DNA of 64,000 nucleotides from an uncultured Acidobacteriota bacterium. Lineage in GTDB: Bacteria; Acidobacteriota; Thermoanaerobaculia; UBA5066. Numbering within the stretch: the stretch's first letter is position 1; every line of letters starts with the position of its first letter. Under the pieces are notes generated by a model. That model ran no database searches, had not been told where the DNA came from, and saw nothing but the letters and a program-made list of their open reading frames with translations. Positions 52,521 to 62,713 of this stretch are shown one piece after another. The stretch lies in the NCBI GenBank assembly GCA_963779415.1, contig CAVZYA010000001.1, forward strand, positions 1,888,001-1,952,000. Direction: 5' to 3'. A program made the translations under genes and the position numbers.

Positions 52521-53488
52521 CCCCTCCAGACCGTCCGGATCAGGAAGCGGGGTCGGCCGCGGACCTGGTAGTAGATCCGTCCCACGTATTCGCCGACGAT
52601 CCCGATCCCCGCCATCAGGACCCCCATGACGACGAAGGCGAGAGCGAAGAGGGTGAAGACCCCGCCCACCTCGGCGCCGACGACGAACCGCCGGACGAGG
52701 AGGAAGACGCCGAAGGCGACCCCGAAGAAGGCCGTCGCGAAGCCGAGGACGCCGAAGATCTGGAGCGGCACGACGGAGAAGCCCGTCATCAGGTCGAAGT
52801 TGAGGCGGAGGAGCCGGTAGAGCGAGTACTTCGACTCCCCCGCCGTCCGCTCGGCGTGATTCACGGCGATCTCGACGGGACGGCGGGCGTACTGCTGCGC
52901 GAGGGCCGGGATGAACGTCGAGACCTCGTCCGAGGCGAGCATGACCTCCACCACGTCGCGGTGGTATCCGCGGAGCATGCAGCCGTAATCGTTGAGCTTC
53001 ATCCCGGTCATCAGCGCCGTCGTCCGGTTCACGAGACGCGAGGCGGCGCGCCGGAAAAACGGGTCCAGCCGTTTCTGCCGGACGGTGCCGACGACGTCGT
53101 GCCCCGCGTCCATCTCCTCGACGAGCTTCGGGATCTCCTCGGGAGGGTTCTGGAGGTCGGCGTCGATCGTGAGGACGTACTCGCCGTCGGTCGCCGTGAA
53201 GGCCGCCATGATCGCCATGTGCTGGCCGGCATTCCGAACCAGCTCGACGACCTTGACGACGCCGGGGTTTTCCGACGCGGCGGTCTTCAGCAGCTCGAGC
53301 GACCGGTCGCGGGAGCCGTCGTCGACGAAGACGATCTCCATCGGACGCCCGAGGCCGCGGAGAACGGCGAGGAGCCGCGGCAGGAGGGCCGGAAGGTTCG
53401 CCTCCTCGTTGTAAACGGGCACCACCACCGAGACCTTCCGCGGCACCGCGGCCGAAAGCGATCGCTCCAACGGCACGTCGGGAGGCAT
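52517..53488 (-). CDS. arnC: Undecaprenyl-P L-Ara4FN transferase
   Basis: VPVYNEE, RNAGQHMA, DADLQNPPEEIP, DYGCMLR; two C-terminal TMs. Confidence 0.88.
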   Translation of the reverse strand: MPPDVPLERSLSAAVPRKVSVVVPVYNEEANLPALLPRLLAVLRGLGRPMEIVFVDDGSRDRSLELLKTAASENPGVVKVVELVRNAGQHMAIMAAFTATDGEYVLTIDADLQNPPEEIPKLVEEMDAGHDVVGTVRQKRLDPFFRRAASRLVNRTTALMTGMKLNDYGCMLRGYHRDVVEVMLASDEVSTFIPALAQQYARRPVEIAVNHAERTAGESKYSLYRLLRLNFDLMTGFSVVPLQIFGVLGFATAFFGVAFGVFLLVRRFVVGAEVGGVFTLFALAFVVMGVLMAGIGIVGEYVGRIYYQVRGRPRFLIRTVWRG

Positions 53489-53505
53489 TCTAGCCTCGCG
53501 GAGCT

Positions 53506-55206
53506 TCAGTGGTTGACGAGGAGGGAGAACTTCCCGTTCTGCATCCGCGCGAGCAGGGGCCCCGGACGGAAGCCGACTTTCTGGTCCGTCAGCATCTGGA
53601 GGTCGTCCTCGTGGACGATCAGGAAGACCCGCCTGGGGCCGTTCCACATCCTGAGGAACTCCTCCTGCGTCGGGAAGCGCCCCTCCGAGCCCTCGCGGGT
53701 GCTGCCGAAGTTGAGCTCGTGCCATCCGAGGCCGGTGACCAGGACGAAGCGCTTCGTGTAGAAGGGCGTCGCCTGCAGGTAGTGGCCTCTCTGGATGAGC
53801 AGATCATCGGGCTTCATCTCGCGCAGGAGAGTCGAGATGATCGGCCAGGGCGTCATCGCCCGCGCGGCCGCCGGCAGCATCAGGAGGAGGCCGAAGACGA
53901 AGGCGAGCCAGGGCGCCGCGATCCCCGGGACCGGGTCGAGACGCGACGGCACGGCCGACCGCCTCGAGATACGGGCGACGAGCCGCGGAGCGAGGCAGGC
54001 CGCGACGGCGAGGAGGAGGACAGAGAGGGCGGCGACGCCGAGCTTTTCGACGCCCCAGGCCGAGAAGTATCCCAGCTCGATGCCGAGGAAGATCCCGGCC
54101 GCCCAGAGCGCCGCGAGGAGAAGGGCCGAGAGGAGACGCTCGGTCCGGAAATCGGTCCCCCTCTGCCGCGCCTTCTCGATGCCGACGGCGAGGAGGACGC
54201 CGAGAGACGCCCAGATCGGCTCGACGTAGGGGATCAGCTTGGACTTTGACGCCGTGAAGAAGAAAAAGACGAGCAGCGCCCAGATCCAGAGGAAGCTCTC
54301 CGTCGGCCGCTCGCGGAAGGCGGAACGCCTCGTCGGGAACGTCTCGCGAAATCGGCCGAAAAAGCCGGTCCACGGGAGAAAGCCCGCGAGGAGAACCCCC
54401 ACGAAGTAAAAGGAAGACCCCTGTCGCCGGTAGAACTTCGTGAAGAACCGCCGGAAGTGCTGTTCGACGAAGTAGAAGTCGAGGAAATCCGGGTTTCGCC
54501 GGGCCATCGCGACGTGCCAGGGAAGGGCGATCAGGAGGAAGACCATCAGCGGCCCCGGGGAGAAGAGCCTCGGAAGGAGCCTCCACCGGCCGGAGAGCAC
54601 GATGAAAAGGAAGATCGCCCCGCCGGGGAGGAGGAAGCCGATGAGCCCCTTCGCCAGCACCGCCAGAGCGCAGGCGGCATGGAGTCCGTAGAGCGCGCGA
54701 CGGGCCCGGCGGGCGTTCCCCTCCTGCTCCGCCTCCTGGAAAGCGACGAAGGCGAAAACGGCGCCTGTCAGAACGAAGGAGAGGATCGCGTCGGTGATGA
54801 CGATCCGGGCGAGCGCCAGGACGAGGACCGAGCTTCCCGTCACGAGCCCGGCCAGAAGGCCGGTCCGGCTCCCCCATCGACGCCCGGCGAAGGCGGCCGC
54901 CATCAGGACCATCCCGACCGTCGCGAGCATCCCCGGAAGGCGGGCCGCCCACTCGTTCTCCCCGAGGAGTGCCATCGAGCCGGCGACGAGCCAGTAGAGA
55001 AGCGGCGGCTTCTCGAAGTAGAGGACGCCGTTCAGGTGCGGCGTCAGGAAGTCTCCCGTGGCCAGCATCTCGCGCGGGATCTCCGAGTACCGCCCCTCGT
55101 CCGGCTCGAAGAAAGGGGTCTTCCCGAACTGGAGGATCGTCAGGAGGAGCGTCAGGGCGAGGAGAAGAAGGAGCCCGCGGTTCCCGCGGGCGAAAAGATC
55201 GCCCAT
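53506..55206 (-). CDS. arnT: ArnT-family L-Ara4N transferase, copy 2
   Basis: EPDEGRYSEIPREM, YFEKPPL, SKLIPY. Confidence 0.85.
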   Translation of the reverse strand: MGDLFARGNRGLLLLLALTLLLTILQFGKTPFFEPDEGRYSEIPREMLATGDFLTPHLNGVLYFEKPPLLYWLVAGSMALLGENEWAARLPGMLATVGMVLMAAAFAGRRWGSRTGLLAGLVTGSSVLVLALARIVITDAILSFVLTGAVFAFVAFQEAEQEGNARRARRALYGLHAACALAVLAKGLIGFLLPGGAIFLFIVLSGRWRLLPRLFSPGPLMVFLLIALPWHVAMARRNPDFLDFYFVEQHFRRFFTKFYRRQGSSFYFVGVLLAGFLPWTGFFGRFRETFPTRRSAFRERPTESFLWIWALLVFFFFTASKSKLIPYVEPIWASLGVLLAVGIEKARQRGTDFRTERLLSALLLAALWAAGIFLGIELGYFSAWGVEKLGVAALSVLLLAVAACLAPRLVARISRRSAVPSRLDPVPGIAAPWLAFVFGLLLMLPAAARAMTPWPIISTLLREMKPDDLLIQRGHYLQATPFYTKRFVLVTGLGWHELNFGSTREGSEGRFPTQEEFLRMWNGPRRVFLIVHEDDLQMLTDQKVGFRPGPLLARMQNGKFSLLVNH

Positions 55207-55543
55207 GCCCGGATTCTAGAGGGAGAAGGGAGGAGGATCAGCGGCGCGGAGTGGCGCCGTCCAGCCGGGAGAGCCCCTCGCCAAGCGCCGCAGGAAAGCG
55301 ACGCGGCGGTTCGGGGCCTTCGTCCGGTCGTACGGGACGGCCTCCTTCGGCTCTCCCCGCTCGCGAAGAAAGGTCCGTCGTGCCGGGGATCTTCCGGTAG
55401 CCCGTCACCGGGTCTTCGAGGTCCTTCCCGGCCGCCACGGCCGCGTCGAACTCGGTCCGCGTCACGGCGAGGACGCGGCTCACCGCGATCACTCCAGGCA
55501 GGAAGATCCCCTGGCGGCGGCGTCGGGTCGGGATCTCCCCGCC

Positions 55544-57244
55544 TCAGCGGTTGACGATCAGGACGTAGTTCCCGTTCTCCGTCCGGGCCAGCTCCCGGCC
55601 GCGCGGAAGGCCCGTGGCCGGGTTTCCGAAGTCGCCCACGTTTCTTCTCTGGACGATTGCGAAGACGCGCTCCGGCCCCGTCCAGAGCGGCCGGAACGCC
55701 GCTTCGGGCGGGAAGAGCGTCTCCGTCCCGGGATGCGAGCGCCCGAAATCCAGCTCGTGCCAGCCGAGGGCGAAGACGGGCGTCAACCGCTTCGCGTAGA
55801 AAGGTGCTCCCTGAAGGTAGAACCCGCGCTGGACGAGGACGTCTCCGGGCTTCAGCTCGGCGAGAAGCTCGGAGACGAGAGGCCACGGTGTGATCCGCCT
55901 CGCCGCCGAAGGAAGGATCAGAAGGAGGCCGAAGAGGAACGCGAGCCACGGGCCGGCGATCCCCGGGACGGGGTCGATGCCGGAGAGGCCGGTGGGCCGC
56001 CCCGACAGGCGTCCCCGGAGGCGCGGAAAAAGGGAGGCGGTCACCCCCAGAAAGAGCGTCGCGAGGGTCGCGATCCCGAGCCGTGTCGCGCCCCACGCCG
56101 CAAGGTATCCGCCGCCGATTCCGTAGAAGACGCCCGCGACGACGAGCGCAATGAGGAAGAGCGCCGTCAGGAGCCGCTCGGTCCCGAAGGCCCGGCCGCG
56201 CTGGCGGGCCCGTTCGATTCCGACCGCGAGGAGAAGGCCGAGCGCCGGCCAGACCGGCTCGACGTAGGGAACCAGCTTCGACCGGGAGACCGAGAAGAAG
56301 AGGAAGACGAGAAGCGACCAGATCCATAGGAAGCTCTCGCTCTCGCGCTCCCGGAGCGCCGCGAGCCGTGTCGGGAACGTCTCGCGCAGCCGGCCGAAGA
56401 AGCCGGTCCATGGCAGGAAACCGGCGAGGAGGACGGCGATGAAGTAGAACGGACCTCCTTCGCGCCGGTGGTCGTTCGTCAGGAAACGATCGAAGTGCTC
56501 GTGGACGAAGTAGAACCGGAGGAAGTCCGGGTTCCGGTGCGCCACGGCGACGTGCCACGGGACCGACAGGAGAAGGAAGACCACGATCGGCCCCGGAGAA
56601 AAAAGCTTCATCACGAGGTTCCGGCGCCCCGAGAGCGCAACATAGACCGCGATCGCTCCGCCCGGGAGAACGATCCCGATCAGTCCCTTCAGCATGACGG
56701 CGGCCGCGCACGCGACGGCCAGGCCGTAGAGGGCCGAGCGCGACGCACGGGTGTCTCCGCGCCGCTCGGCCTCGAGGAAGGAGCAGAACGCGAACGCCGA
56801 GGCGGAGAGGGCGAGCGAGAGGACCGGGTCGATGATGGCGACCCGCGCGAGGATGAAGAAGAGCCCGGAGGTCCCCGTCACGATCCCGGCGAGGAGGCCC
56901 GTCCGGAGCCCCCATCGCCGACGCGCGAACGCGGCGGTCAGAAGGACCATCCCGGCCGACGCGACCATTCCGGGGAGCCGCACCGCCCACTCGGAAGGAC
57001 CGAGGAGCGCCATGGATCCCGCCACGAGCCAGTAGTAGAGCGGCGGCTTCTCGAAGTAGAGGACCCCGTTCAGGCGGGGCGTGACGAAGTCGCCCGTCGC
57101 CAGCATCTCCCGGGGGATCTCGGCGTAGCGCCCCTCGTCCGGCTCGAAGAGGGGCGTCCTCCCGGTCTGGAGGACGAGCAGGAGGAGCGTCAGGCCGAGG
57201 AGAACGAAGAGACCGCGCACCCCTCGGTCGGACAGCTCTCTCAC
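55544..57244 (-). CDS. arnT: ArnT-family L-Ara4N transferase, copy 1
   Basis: EPDEGRYAEIPREM, YFEKPPL, SKLVPY; GTGA overlap with wzt stop. Confidence 0.85.
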   Translation of the reverse strand: MRELSDRGVRGLFVLLGLTLLLLVLQTGRTPLFEPDEGRYAEIPREMLATGDFVTPRLNGVLYFEKPPLYYWLVAGSMALLGPSEWAVRLPGMVASAGMVLLTAAFARRRWGLRTGLLAGIVTGTSGLFFILARVAIIDPVLSLALSASAFAFCSFLEAERRGDTRASRSALYGLAVACAAAVMLKGLIGIVLPGGAIAVYVALSGRRNLVMKLFSPGPIVVFLLLSVPWHVAVAHRNPDFLRFYFVHEHFDRFLTNDHRREGGPFYFIAVLLAGFLPWTGFFGRLRETFPTRLAALRERESESFLWIWSLLVFLFFSVSRSKLVPYVEPVWPALGLLLAVGIERARQRGRAFGTERLLTALFLIALVVAGVFYGIGGGYLAAWGATRLGIATLATLFLGVTASLFPRLRGRLSGRPTGLSGIDPVPGIAGPWLAFLFGLLLILPSAARRITPWPLVSELLAELKPGDVLVQRGFYLQGAPFYAKRLTPVFALGWHELDFGRSHPGTETLFPPEAAFRPLWTGPERVFAIVQRRNVGDFGNPATGLPRGRELARTENGNYVLIVNR

Positions 57245-58602
57245 GGGGGGATCCCAGGGAAGGAGCCGGGCCCCGGTCCTGTCAGGGAGACCCCTCCCGT
57301 GAAGTCCCACCGCCGCTCGGGACGCCAGATTCCGACGTCGGGGGCCGGAGACTCGACGTGGAAGCGGCAGGCCCCGCGCCAGTAGTCGTAGGGAGTCCCC
57401 CGGCGCGAATGGACGGCCACGTCGACGAGGTACGACCCTGCCCCGAGGTCGCAGCGCGGGATCGTGAGACGGACCGTCGCCGGCGCGTCGAACCGCTTCG
57501 GGACGAGGCCGTCCGCCTCGGTGTTCGAGCCGTGGATGCAGAGGTCCTCGGGCGTGAAGAGACCGATGCCGAAGACGAAGTCGGTGAGCGGGCGTGCCGG
57601 GGAGACCTCGATCTCGACGATCACGCACTCGCCGGAGACGAACGAGTGCCTCTCGGTCCCGTCCGCGCCGCGCAGGCGGACGGCGGTGATCTCGGCCGAG
57701 CGGTCTCCCCAGCGCCGCGGGCGGTCGGCTTCCGGCGAGGAAGGAACCGGCGCGCCCGCTTCGGTCGCTGGCGGAGGGGGCGCGGCCGGCGCTGCCTCGC
57801 GCAGCTCCTCCTGGACCTTCACCTCTTCGGCGGCGAGCCGCTCGCCTTCGCCCGCCGCCACGTCGAGACGGTAGGCGGCGAGCATCTCGCGCGCCTCGCC
57901 GAGCCCCTTCACGCGCCCCTGCTCGAGGTAGAGGACCCGGTCGCACAGCTCCTCCACGAGGCCGAGCGCATGGCTGACGAAGAAGATCGTCTTTCCGCGC
58001 GACCGGAACTCCCCGATCGTGTCGAGGCAGCGGCGGGAGAACGCCTCGTCCCCGACGGCGAGGACCTCGTCCACGACGAGAATGTCCGGGTCGACGTGGA
58101 TCGCGACGGCGAAGCCGAGCCGGACGTACATCCCCGACGAGTAGGTCTTGACGGGCTGGTCGATGAACTCCGCGAGGCCCGAGAAGGCGACGATCTCCGG
58201 GATCTTCCGCTCGATCTCCTTCCGCGAGAGGCCCAGCATCACTCCGTTGATGACGACGTTCTCGCGCCCCGAGATCTCGGGGTGGAATCCGGCTCCCAGC
58301 TCGATCAGGGCCGAGACCTTGCCGCTCACGGAGAGGGTCCCGGAGGTGGCCTTCAGGATTCCCGCGACGAGCTTCAGGAGCGTCGACTTGCCGCTCCCGT
58401 TCGCGCCGATGACGCCGAAGGTTTCGCCCCGACCGACCGAGAAGGAGACGTTCGTGAGAGCGTCCACCGTCTGCGAGGGCGAGAGCGACTCCGAGAGGCC
58501 CCGTCCGAGGAACGCCGACTTGAGGGTCCCGAACGCGCGCGTCTTTCCGTAACGCCGGTAGCGCTTCGAGACCCCCGCGGCCGAGACGACGTCGCCGCTC
58601 AG
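57241..58602 (-). CDS. wzt: Polysaccharide ABC exporter ATP-binding subunit with Wzt_C; probable CTG start
   Basis: GANGSGKST, YSSGM, DEVLAVGD; frame open upstream to CTG 58602 (SGDVVSAAGVSKRY). Confidence 0.88.
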   Translation of the reverse strand: MSGDVVSAAGVSKRYRRYGKTRAFGTLKSAFLGRGLSESLSPSQTVDALTNVSFSVGRGETFGVIGANGSGKSTLLKLVAGILKATSGTLSVSGKVSALIELGAGFHPEISGRENVVINGVMLGLSRKEIERKIPEIVAFSGLAEFIDQPVKTYSSGMYVRLGFAVAIHVDPDILVVDEVLAVGDEAFSRRCLDTIGEFRSRGKTIFFVSHALGLVEELCDRVLYLEQGRVKGLGEAREMLAAYRLDVAAGEGERLAAEEVKVQEELREAAPAAPPPPATEAGAPVPSSPEADRPRRWGDRSAEITAVRLRGADGTERHSFVSGECVIVEIEVSPARPLTDFVFGIGLFTPEDLCIHGSNTEADGLVPKRFDAPATVRLTIPRCDLGAGSYLVDVAVHSRRGTPYDYWRGACRFHVESPAPDVGIWRPERRWDFTGGVSLTGPGPGSFPGIPP

Positions 58603-59408
58603 ACGGCCTCCGGATAAGAGTCACGAAGCCTCGCGAAGAAGGCAAAGCCGATCAGAAACGTCACCGCCGCGATCCCGACGACGCCCGCCCACTCCGCAGG
58701 GCCGATCCACTTTCCGAAGAACAGCGCGTCCTGCCACGCCGAGAAGAACGGCGCGGCCGGGTTCCAGGCCAGGATCCTCCGAAGGCCCGGGATCGTGATT
58801 TCCGAGAGAGGGTAGAGAACCGGCGTCGCGAAGAACCAGAGGCTGAGCCCCGTGGCGAGGAGGTCCTTCACGTCGCGGAAGTGGATCGTCAGGGCCGCGA
58901 GGAGGAAGCCGAGGCCGAGGAGGAAGACCCCCTCGAGGACGATCAGGACGGGGACCTGGAGAAGCGCCGGTGTCAGGGGGACGACGCGCCCGAAGACGCC
59001 GAGGGCGCCGAGGGCGAGGCCGAGGCCGAGGACCGGAAGGGCGAGGAGGAAGTGGACCCCCTGCGAGAGGACGGCCACGGTCGGCAGGACCTCCGCGGGA
59101 AAGAGCACCTTCTTGAGAAGCGGCCCGTGGACGATGAGGGACGCCGACGCATCCGTGAGCGACGAGGCCAGCCAGTTCCACGGCAGGAGGCCGCAGAAGA
59201 GGAAGACGGCGTACGGGTTCGTCGCGGCGCTCCGTCCCGGGAAGATGAACTGGAAGACGATCGTATAGACGGAGAGCATCAGGAGCGGGTTCAGGAGCGA
59301 CCAGAAGAAGCCGAGAACGCTGCCGCGGTAACGGGCCTTCAGCTCGCGGGCCACGAGGACACCGACGAGGGCACGGTGGCGGAGGAGATCGCGGAGTCCG
59401 TCGAGCAT
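58599..59408 (-). CDS. wzm: Polysaccharide ABC exporter permease
   Basis: RELKARYRGSVLGFFWSLLNP, KKVLFP, FFATPVLYP. Confidence 0.92.
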   Translation of the reverse strand: MLDGLRDLLRHRALVGVLVARELKARYRGSVLGFFWSLLNPLLMLSVYTIVFQFIFPGRSAATNPYAVFLFCGLLPWNWLASSLTDASASLIVHGPLLKKVLFPAEVLPTVAVLSQGVHFLLALPVLGLGLALGALGVFGRVVPLTPALLQVPVLIVLEGVFLLGLGFLLAALTIHFRDVKDLLATGLSLWFFATPVLYPLSEITIPGLRRILAWNPAAPFFSAWQDALFFGKWIGPAEWAGVVGIAAVTFLIGFAFFARLRDSYPEAV

Positions 59409-59453
59409 CCCGTCGCGCGCATGATACGTAGGAGGGGGCGGAGCGCGAGGGAG

Positions 59454-60137
59454 ATGGGATCGGAGATCGTCGCGGAGTCGGTCGGGAAGACCTATGTCGG
59501 GGAGAAAGGGGGCGGTGGCGTCGCGGCGCTCGCGGAGGTCTCCTTCACCCTCTCTCCCGGTTCCATCACGGCGCTCGTCGGCCCTTCGGGGTGCGGAAAG
59601 TCGACCCTCCTGAACCTTCTCGGGGCGCTCGACGTCCCGACGGAAGGGCGGCTCCTCGTCGACGGCCGGGACCTCGCACGGCTCTCCGAGACGGAGCGCG
59701 ACACCTTCCGGAGGCGGACGGCCGCTACGGTCTTCCAGTTCTTCAATCTCCTCCCGACGATGACGGCCCTGGAGAACGTCGCTCTCCCTCTTCTCCTCGA
59801 CGGCGTTCCGGCAAAAGAAGCGGATGCCCGGGCCGCGCGCGGCCTCTCGGCGGTCGGCCTCGCGGCGAAGGAACGGGCTTTCCCCTACGAGCTTTCCGGC
59901 GGCCAGATGCAGCGAGTCGCCGTGGCGCGGGCGCTCGCGAACTCCCCCGCGCTCCTCCTCGCCGACGAGCCGACCGGAAACCTCGACTCGAAAAGCGGGG
60001 CCGCAGTGCTGGAGTTGATCGTGCGCCTCGTCGCGGAACAGAAGGTGACCTGTGTCCTCGCGACCCACTCGGCCGAGGCGGCCGCGATCGCAGGGCGGAC
60101 CCTCCGGCTGAGGGACGGCCGGGTCGTCCCGCCGTGA
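59454..60137 (+). CDS. ABC ATP-binding protein (LolD/MacB-like)
   Basis: GPSGCGKST, FQFFNLL, LSGGQMQRV, ADEPTGNLD. Confidence 0.92.
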   Translation: MGSEIVAESVGKTYVGEKGGGGVAALAEVSFTLSPGSITALVGPSGCGKSTLLNLLGALDVPTEGRLLVDGRDLARLSETERDTFRRRTAATVFQFFNLLPTMTALENVALPLLLDGVPAKEADARAARGLSAVGLAAKERAFPYELSGGQMQRVAVARALANSPALLLADEPTGNLDSKSGAAVLELIVRLVAEQKVTCVLATHSAEAAAIAGRTLRLRDGRVVPP

Positions 60138-62710
60138 CCGGCGCGCGCCATCTCTTCGCCCCGCTCGTCCTCCGCCCGGCGCGGAAGGACCGGCTCCGCT
60201 TCGCCCTGACGATCTCCGGAATCGCCGTCGGCGTCGCGACGATGACGGCGATCCGGCTCGCGAACGCGTCGGTCCTCTCCTCCTTCGCCGAGACGGTCGA
60301 CGTCGTGGCCGGACGGGCCTCGATCACGATCCTTCCCGACGGGCCCGGCATCCCCGAGTCGGTCCTCGGCCGCCTCACGTGGCTCGCTCGCGTGCCGGCG
60401 CGCGTCGTCCCCGCGGTCTTTGAGACGGCCGCGGCAGGCGCGGCAGACGGCGAGGCGGTGGAGGTGCTGGGGATCGATCCGGTCTCCGACCCGGAGGCGC
60501 GGGATTACGCCTTCGCGGGGCGGTCCGCCGGGGGGCTCTTCACGATCTTCGGGAAGGACTCCGTTCTCGTGACCGAGGAGTTCGCAAGGCGGAAGGGACT
60601 CTCGCCGGGGGACGTCCTTCCGCTCGTCGCGGGAGGAGTCGAGCGGCGGCTTCGGGTCGCCGCCGTCCTCGCGCGCCGCGGGCCGGCCCGGGCGGCGTCG
60701 GGCTCGATCGTCTTCATGGACATCGCCGCCGCCCAGGAGGCGTTCGGCAAGATCGGCCGCCTCGACCGGATCGACGTCGTCCTCCCCGAGGGGACGCCGG
60801 AGGAGAGGCGCGCGGCGATCGAGGAGGAGATCCGCGCGTCGCTCCCCCCCGGCGTCACGGCCGGGCGCCCGGAGCGCCGGACGGAGACGGTGGACCGGAT
60901 GGTCCGCGCCTTCCGGGTGAACCTCACGGCGCTCGGCCTCATCGCCCTCCTCGTCGGTGTCTACTTCGTCTACAACACCCTTTCCATCTCCGTCCTCCGC
61001 CGCCGGACGGACATCGGGACGGTCCGCGCGCTCGGCGCCTCGGCTCGCGCGGTCCTCGCCGTCTTCCTCGCCGAAGGCGCGGCGCTGGGGATCACGGGGA
61101 GCGCGCTCGGCCTCCTCCTCGGGGTTCTTCTTGCGCGCGTTGCCCTCCTCGCCGTGGGAGGGACGGCGACGGAGCTCTACCTCCCCTCCGCGCATCCACG
61201 CCTCGGCCTCGACGCGGGCGTCCTCGCGACGGCGTTCGGCCTCGGCGTCGCCTCCTCGATCCTCTCGGCCCTCGCCCCGGCGCTCGAAGCCGCGCGGGTC
61301 GCTCCGGCGGCCACGCTCCGCCACGGCTCGGTGGAAGCCGCAAGGCGCCGCGCGGCCCGGCCGCTCGCGCTCGTGGGCACGGGCCTTCTCGTCCTCGCCC
61401 TCCTGGCGACCCGCCCGGGCCCGGTCGGCGGCCTCCCCTTCTTCGGATTCGTCTCGGTCTTCCTCGTCGTGGCCGGCGTCTCCCTCCTCGCCCCGGCCGC
61501 CGTGACATTCACCGCCGCGCGGCTGGACGGCACCGCCGTCCGCCTCTTCGGCGTGACGGCGCGGATCGCCCGCGCGAACCTGACGGGGAGCCTCTCCCGG
61601 ACGGCGGTGGCAGTGGCGGCGCTGACTATGGGGATCGGAATGATGGTCTCGGTCGCCGTCATGGTCGGCTCGTTCCGGTCGACCGTCGCGCGCTGGGTGG
61701 AGCAGACCCTCAAGGCCGACCTCTTCGTCACCCCCGCGAGCGGACGGTCGGGGCCGTCGTTCGGGCGCCTCCCCGAAGAGGCGATCGCCCTCGTCGAGTC
61801 GGTCGGCGGCGTGGCCGACGTCGACCCCTTCCTCGCCTACGCGGCGACGCGCCGCGGCGTCCCGTTCACCGTCGGCTCCGGCCGGTTCGAGGTGCTCGCC
61901 GCGCACGGACGCCTTCCCCTTCTCGATGGACGCGACGTCGGGCGAGTCGCGCTCGAGGCGAAGAAGCGTGGAGAGGCGTTCGTCTCGGAGCCATACGCGG
62001 AAAAGTTCGGGGTCTCCCGGGGAGACGTCGTCGAGATCCCGTCCGACCGCGGCCCCGTCCGTCTCCGCGTCGCCGCGGTGTATGTCGACTACTCGAACGA
62101 CCGGGGGACGATCACGATCGACCGGGACCTCTTCCGGAAGATCTACGGCCTCTCCGGTGCCGTCAGCCTCGCCGTCACGCTCGATCCCCGGCTCGACCCC
62201 GAGGAGGGGCGAAGGCGGCTCCTCGCGGCGGCGGCGGGCCGTTTCGCCCTCCGCGTCCGGACGAACGCCGCGCTGAAACGCGAGGTCCTCCGGATCTTCG
62301 ACCGGACCTTCGCCGTGACCTACGCACTCGAGGGGGTGGCGATCGCGGTCGCCGTCCTCGGGGTCTTCAACACGCTCACGGCCCTCGTCCTCGAGCGGCG
62401 GCGGGAGATCGGCCTCCTCCGGGTCCTCGGGGCGTCGGCCGAAACCGTCCGCCGCGCCGTTCGCTTCGAGGCGCTCGCGATCGGCGCGCTCGGAAGCGTC
62501 CTCGGCCTCGGGTCGGGGGGAGCGATGTCGCTCGTTCTCGTCCACGTCATCAACCGGCAGTCGTTCGGCTGGACGATCTCCGTCCGCTGGCCCGTCGGCT
62601 TTCTCGCCGCGGCGATCGCCCTCGTCCTCGCGACGACCGTCCTTTCCGCTGCGCGCCCCGCCCGACTCGCGGCGGCGACGGATGCCGCGGCGGCGCTGAA
62701 GGAGGAATAG
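60134..62710 (+). CDS. Duplicated FtsX/MacB-type ABC permease
   Basis: Two permease halves: RRRTDIGTVRALG and ERRREIGLLRVLG; GTGA overlap. Confidence 0.9.
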   Translation: MTGARHLFAPLVLRPARKDRLRFALTISGIAVGVATMTAIRLANASVLSSFAETVDVVAGRASITILPDGPGIPESVLGRLTWLARVPARVVPAVFETAAAGAADGEAVEVLGIDPVSDPEARDYAFAGRSAGGLFTIFGKDSVLVTEEFARRKGLSPGDVLPLVAGGVERRLRVAAVLARRGPARAASGSIVFMDIAAAQEAFGKIGRLDRIDVVLPEGTPEERRAAIEEEIRASLPPGVTAGRPERRTETVDRMVRAFRVNLTALGLIALLVGVYFVYNTLSISVLRRRTDIGTVRALGASARAVLAVFLAEGAALGITGSALGLLLGVLLARVALLAVGGTATELYLPSAHPRLGLDAGVLATAFGLGVASSILSALAPALEAARVAPAATLRHGSVEAARRRAARPLALVGTGLLVLALLATRPGPVGGLPFFGFVSVFLVVAGVSLLAPAAVTFTAARLDGTAVRLFGVTARIARANLTGSLSRTAVAVAALTMGIGMMVSVAVMVGSFRSTVARWVEQTLKADLFVTPASGRSGPSFGRLPEEAIALVESVGGVADVDPFLAYAATRRGVPFTVGSGRFEVLAAHGRLPLLDGRDVGRVALEAKKRGEAFVSEPYAEKFGVSRGDVVEIPSDRGPVRLRVAAVYVDYSNDRGTITIDRDLFRKIYGLSGAVSLAVTLDPRLDPEEGRRRLLAAAAGRFALRVRTNAALKREVLRIFDRTFAVTYALEGVAIAVAVLGVFNTLTALVLERRREIGLLRVLGASAETVRRAVRFEALAIGALGSVLGLGSGGAMSLVLVHVINRQSFGWTISVRWPVGFLAAAIALVLATTVLSAARPARLAAATDAAAALKEE

Positions 62711-62713
62711 AGC

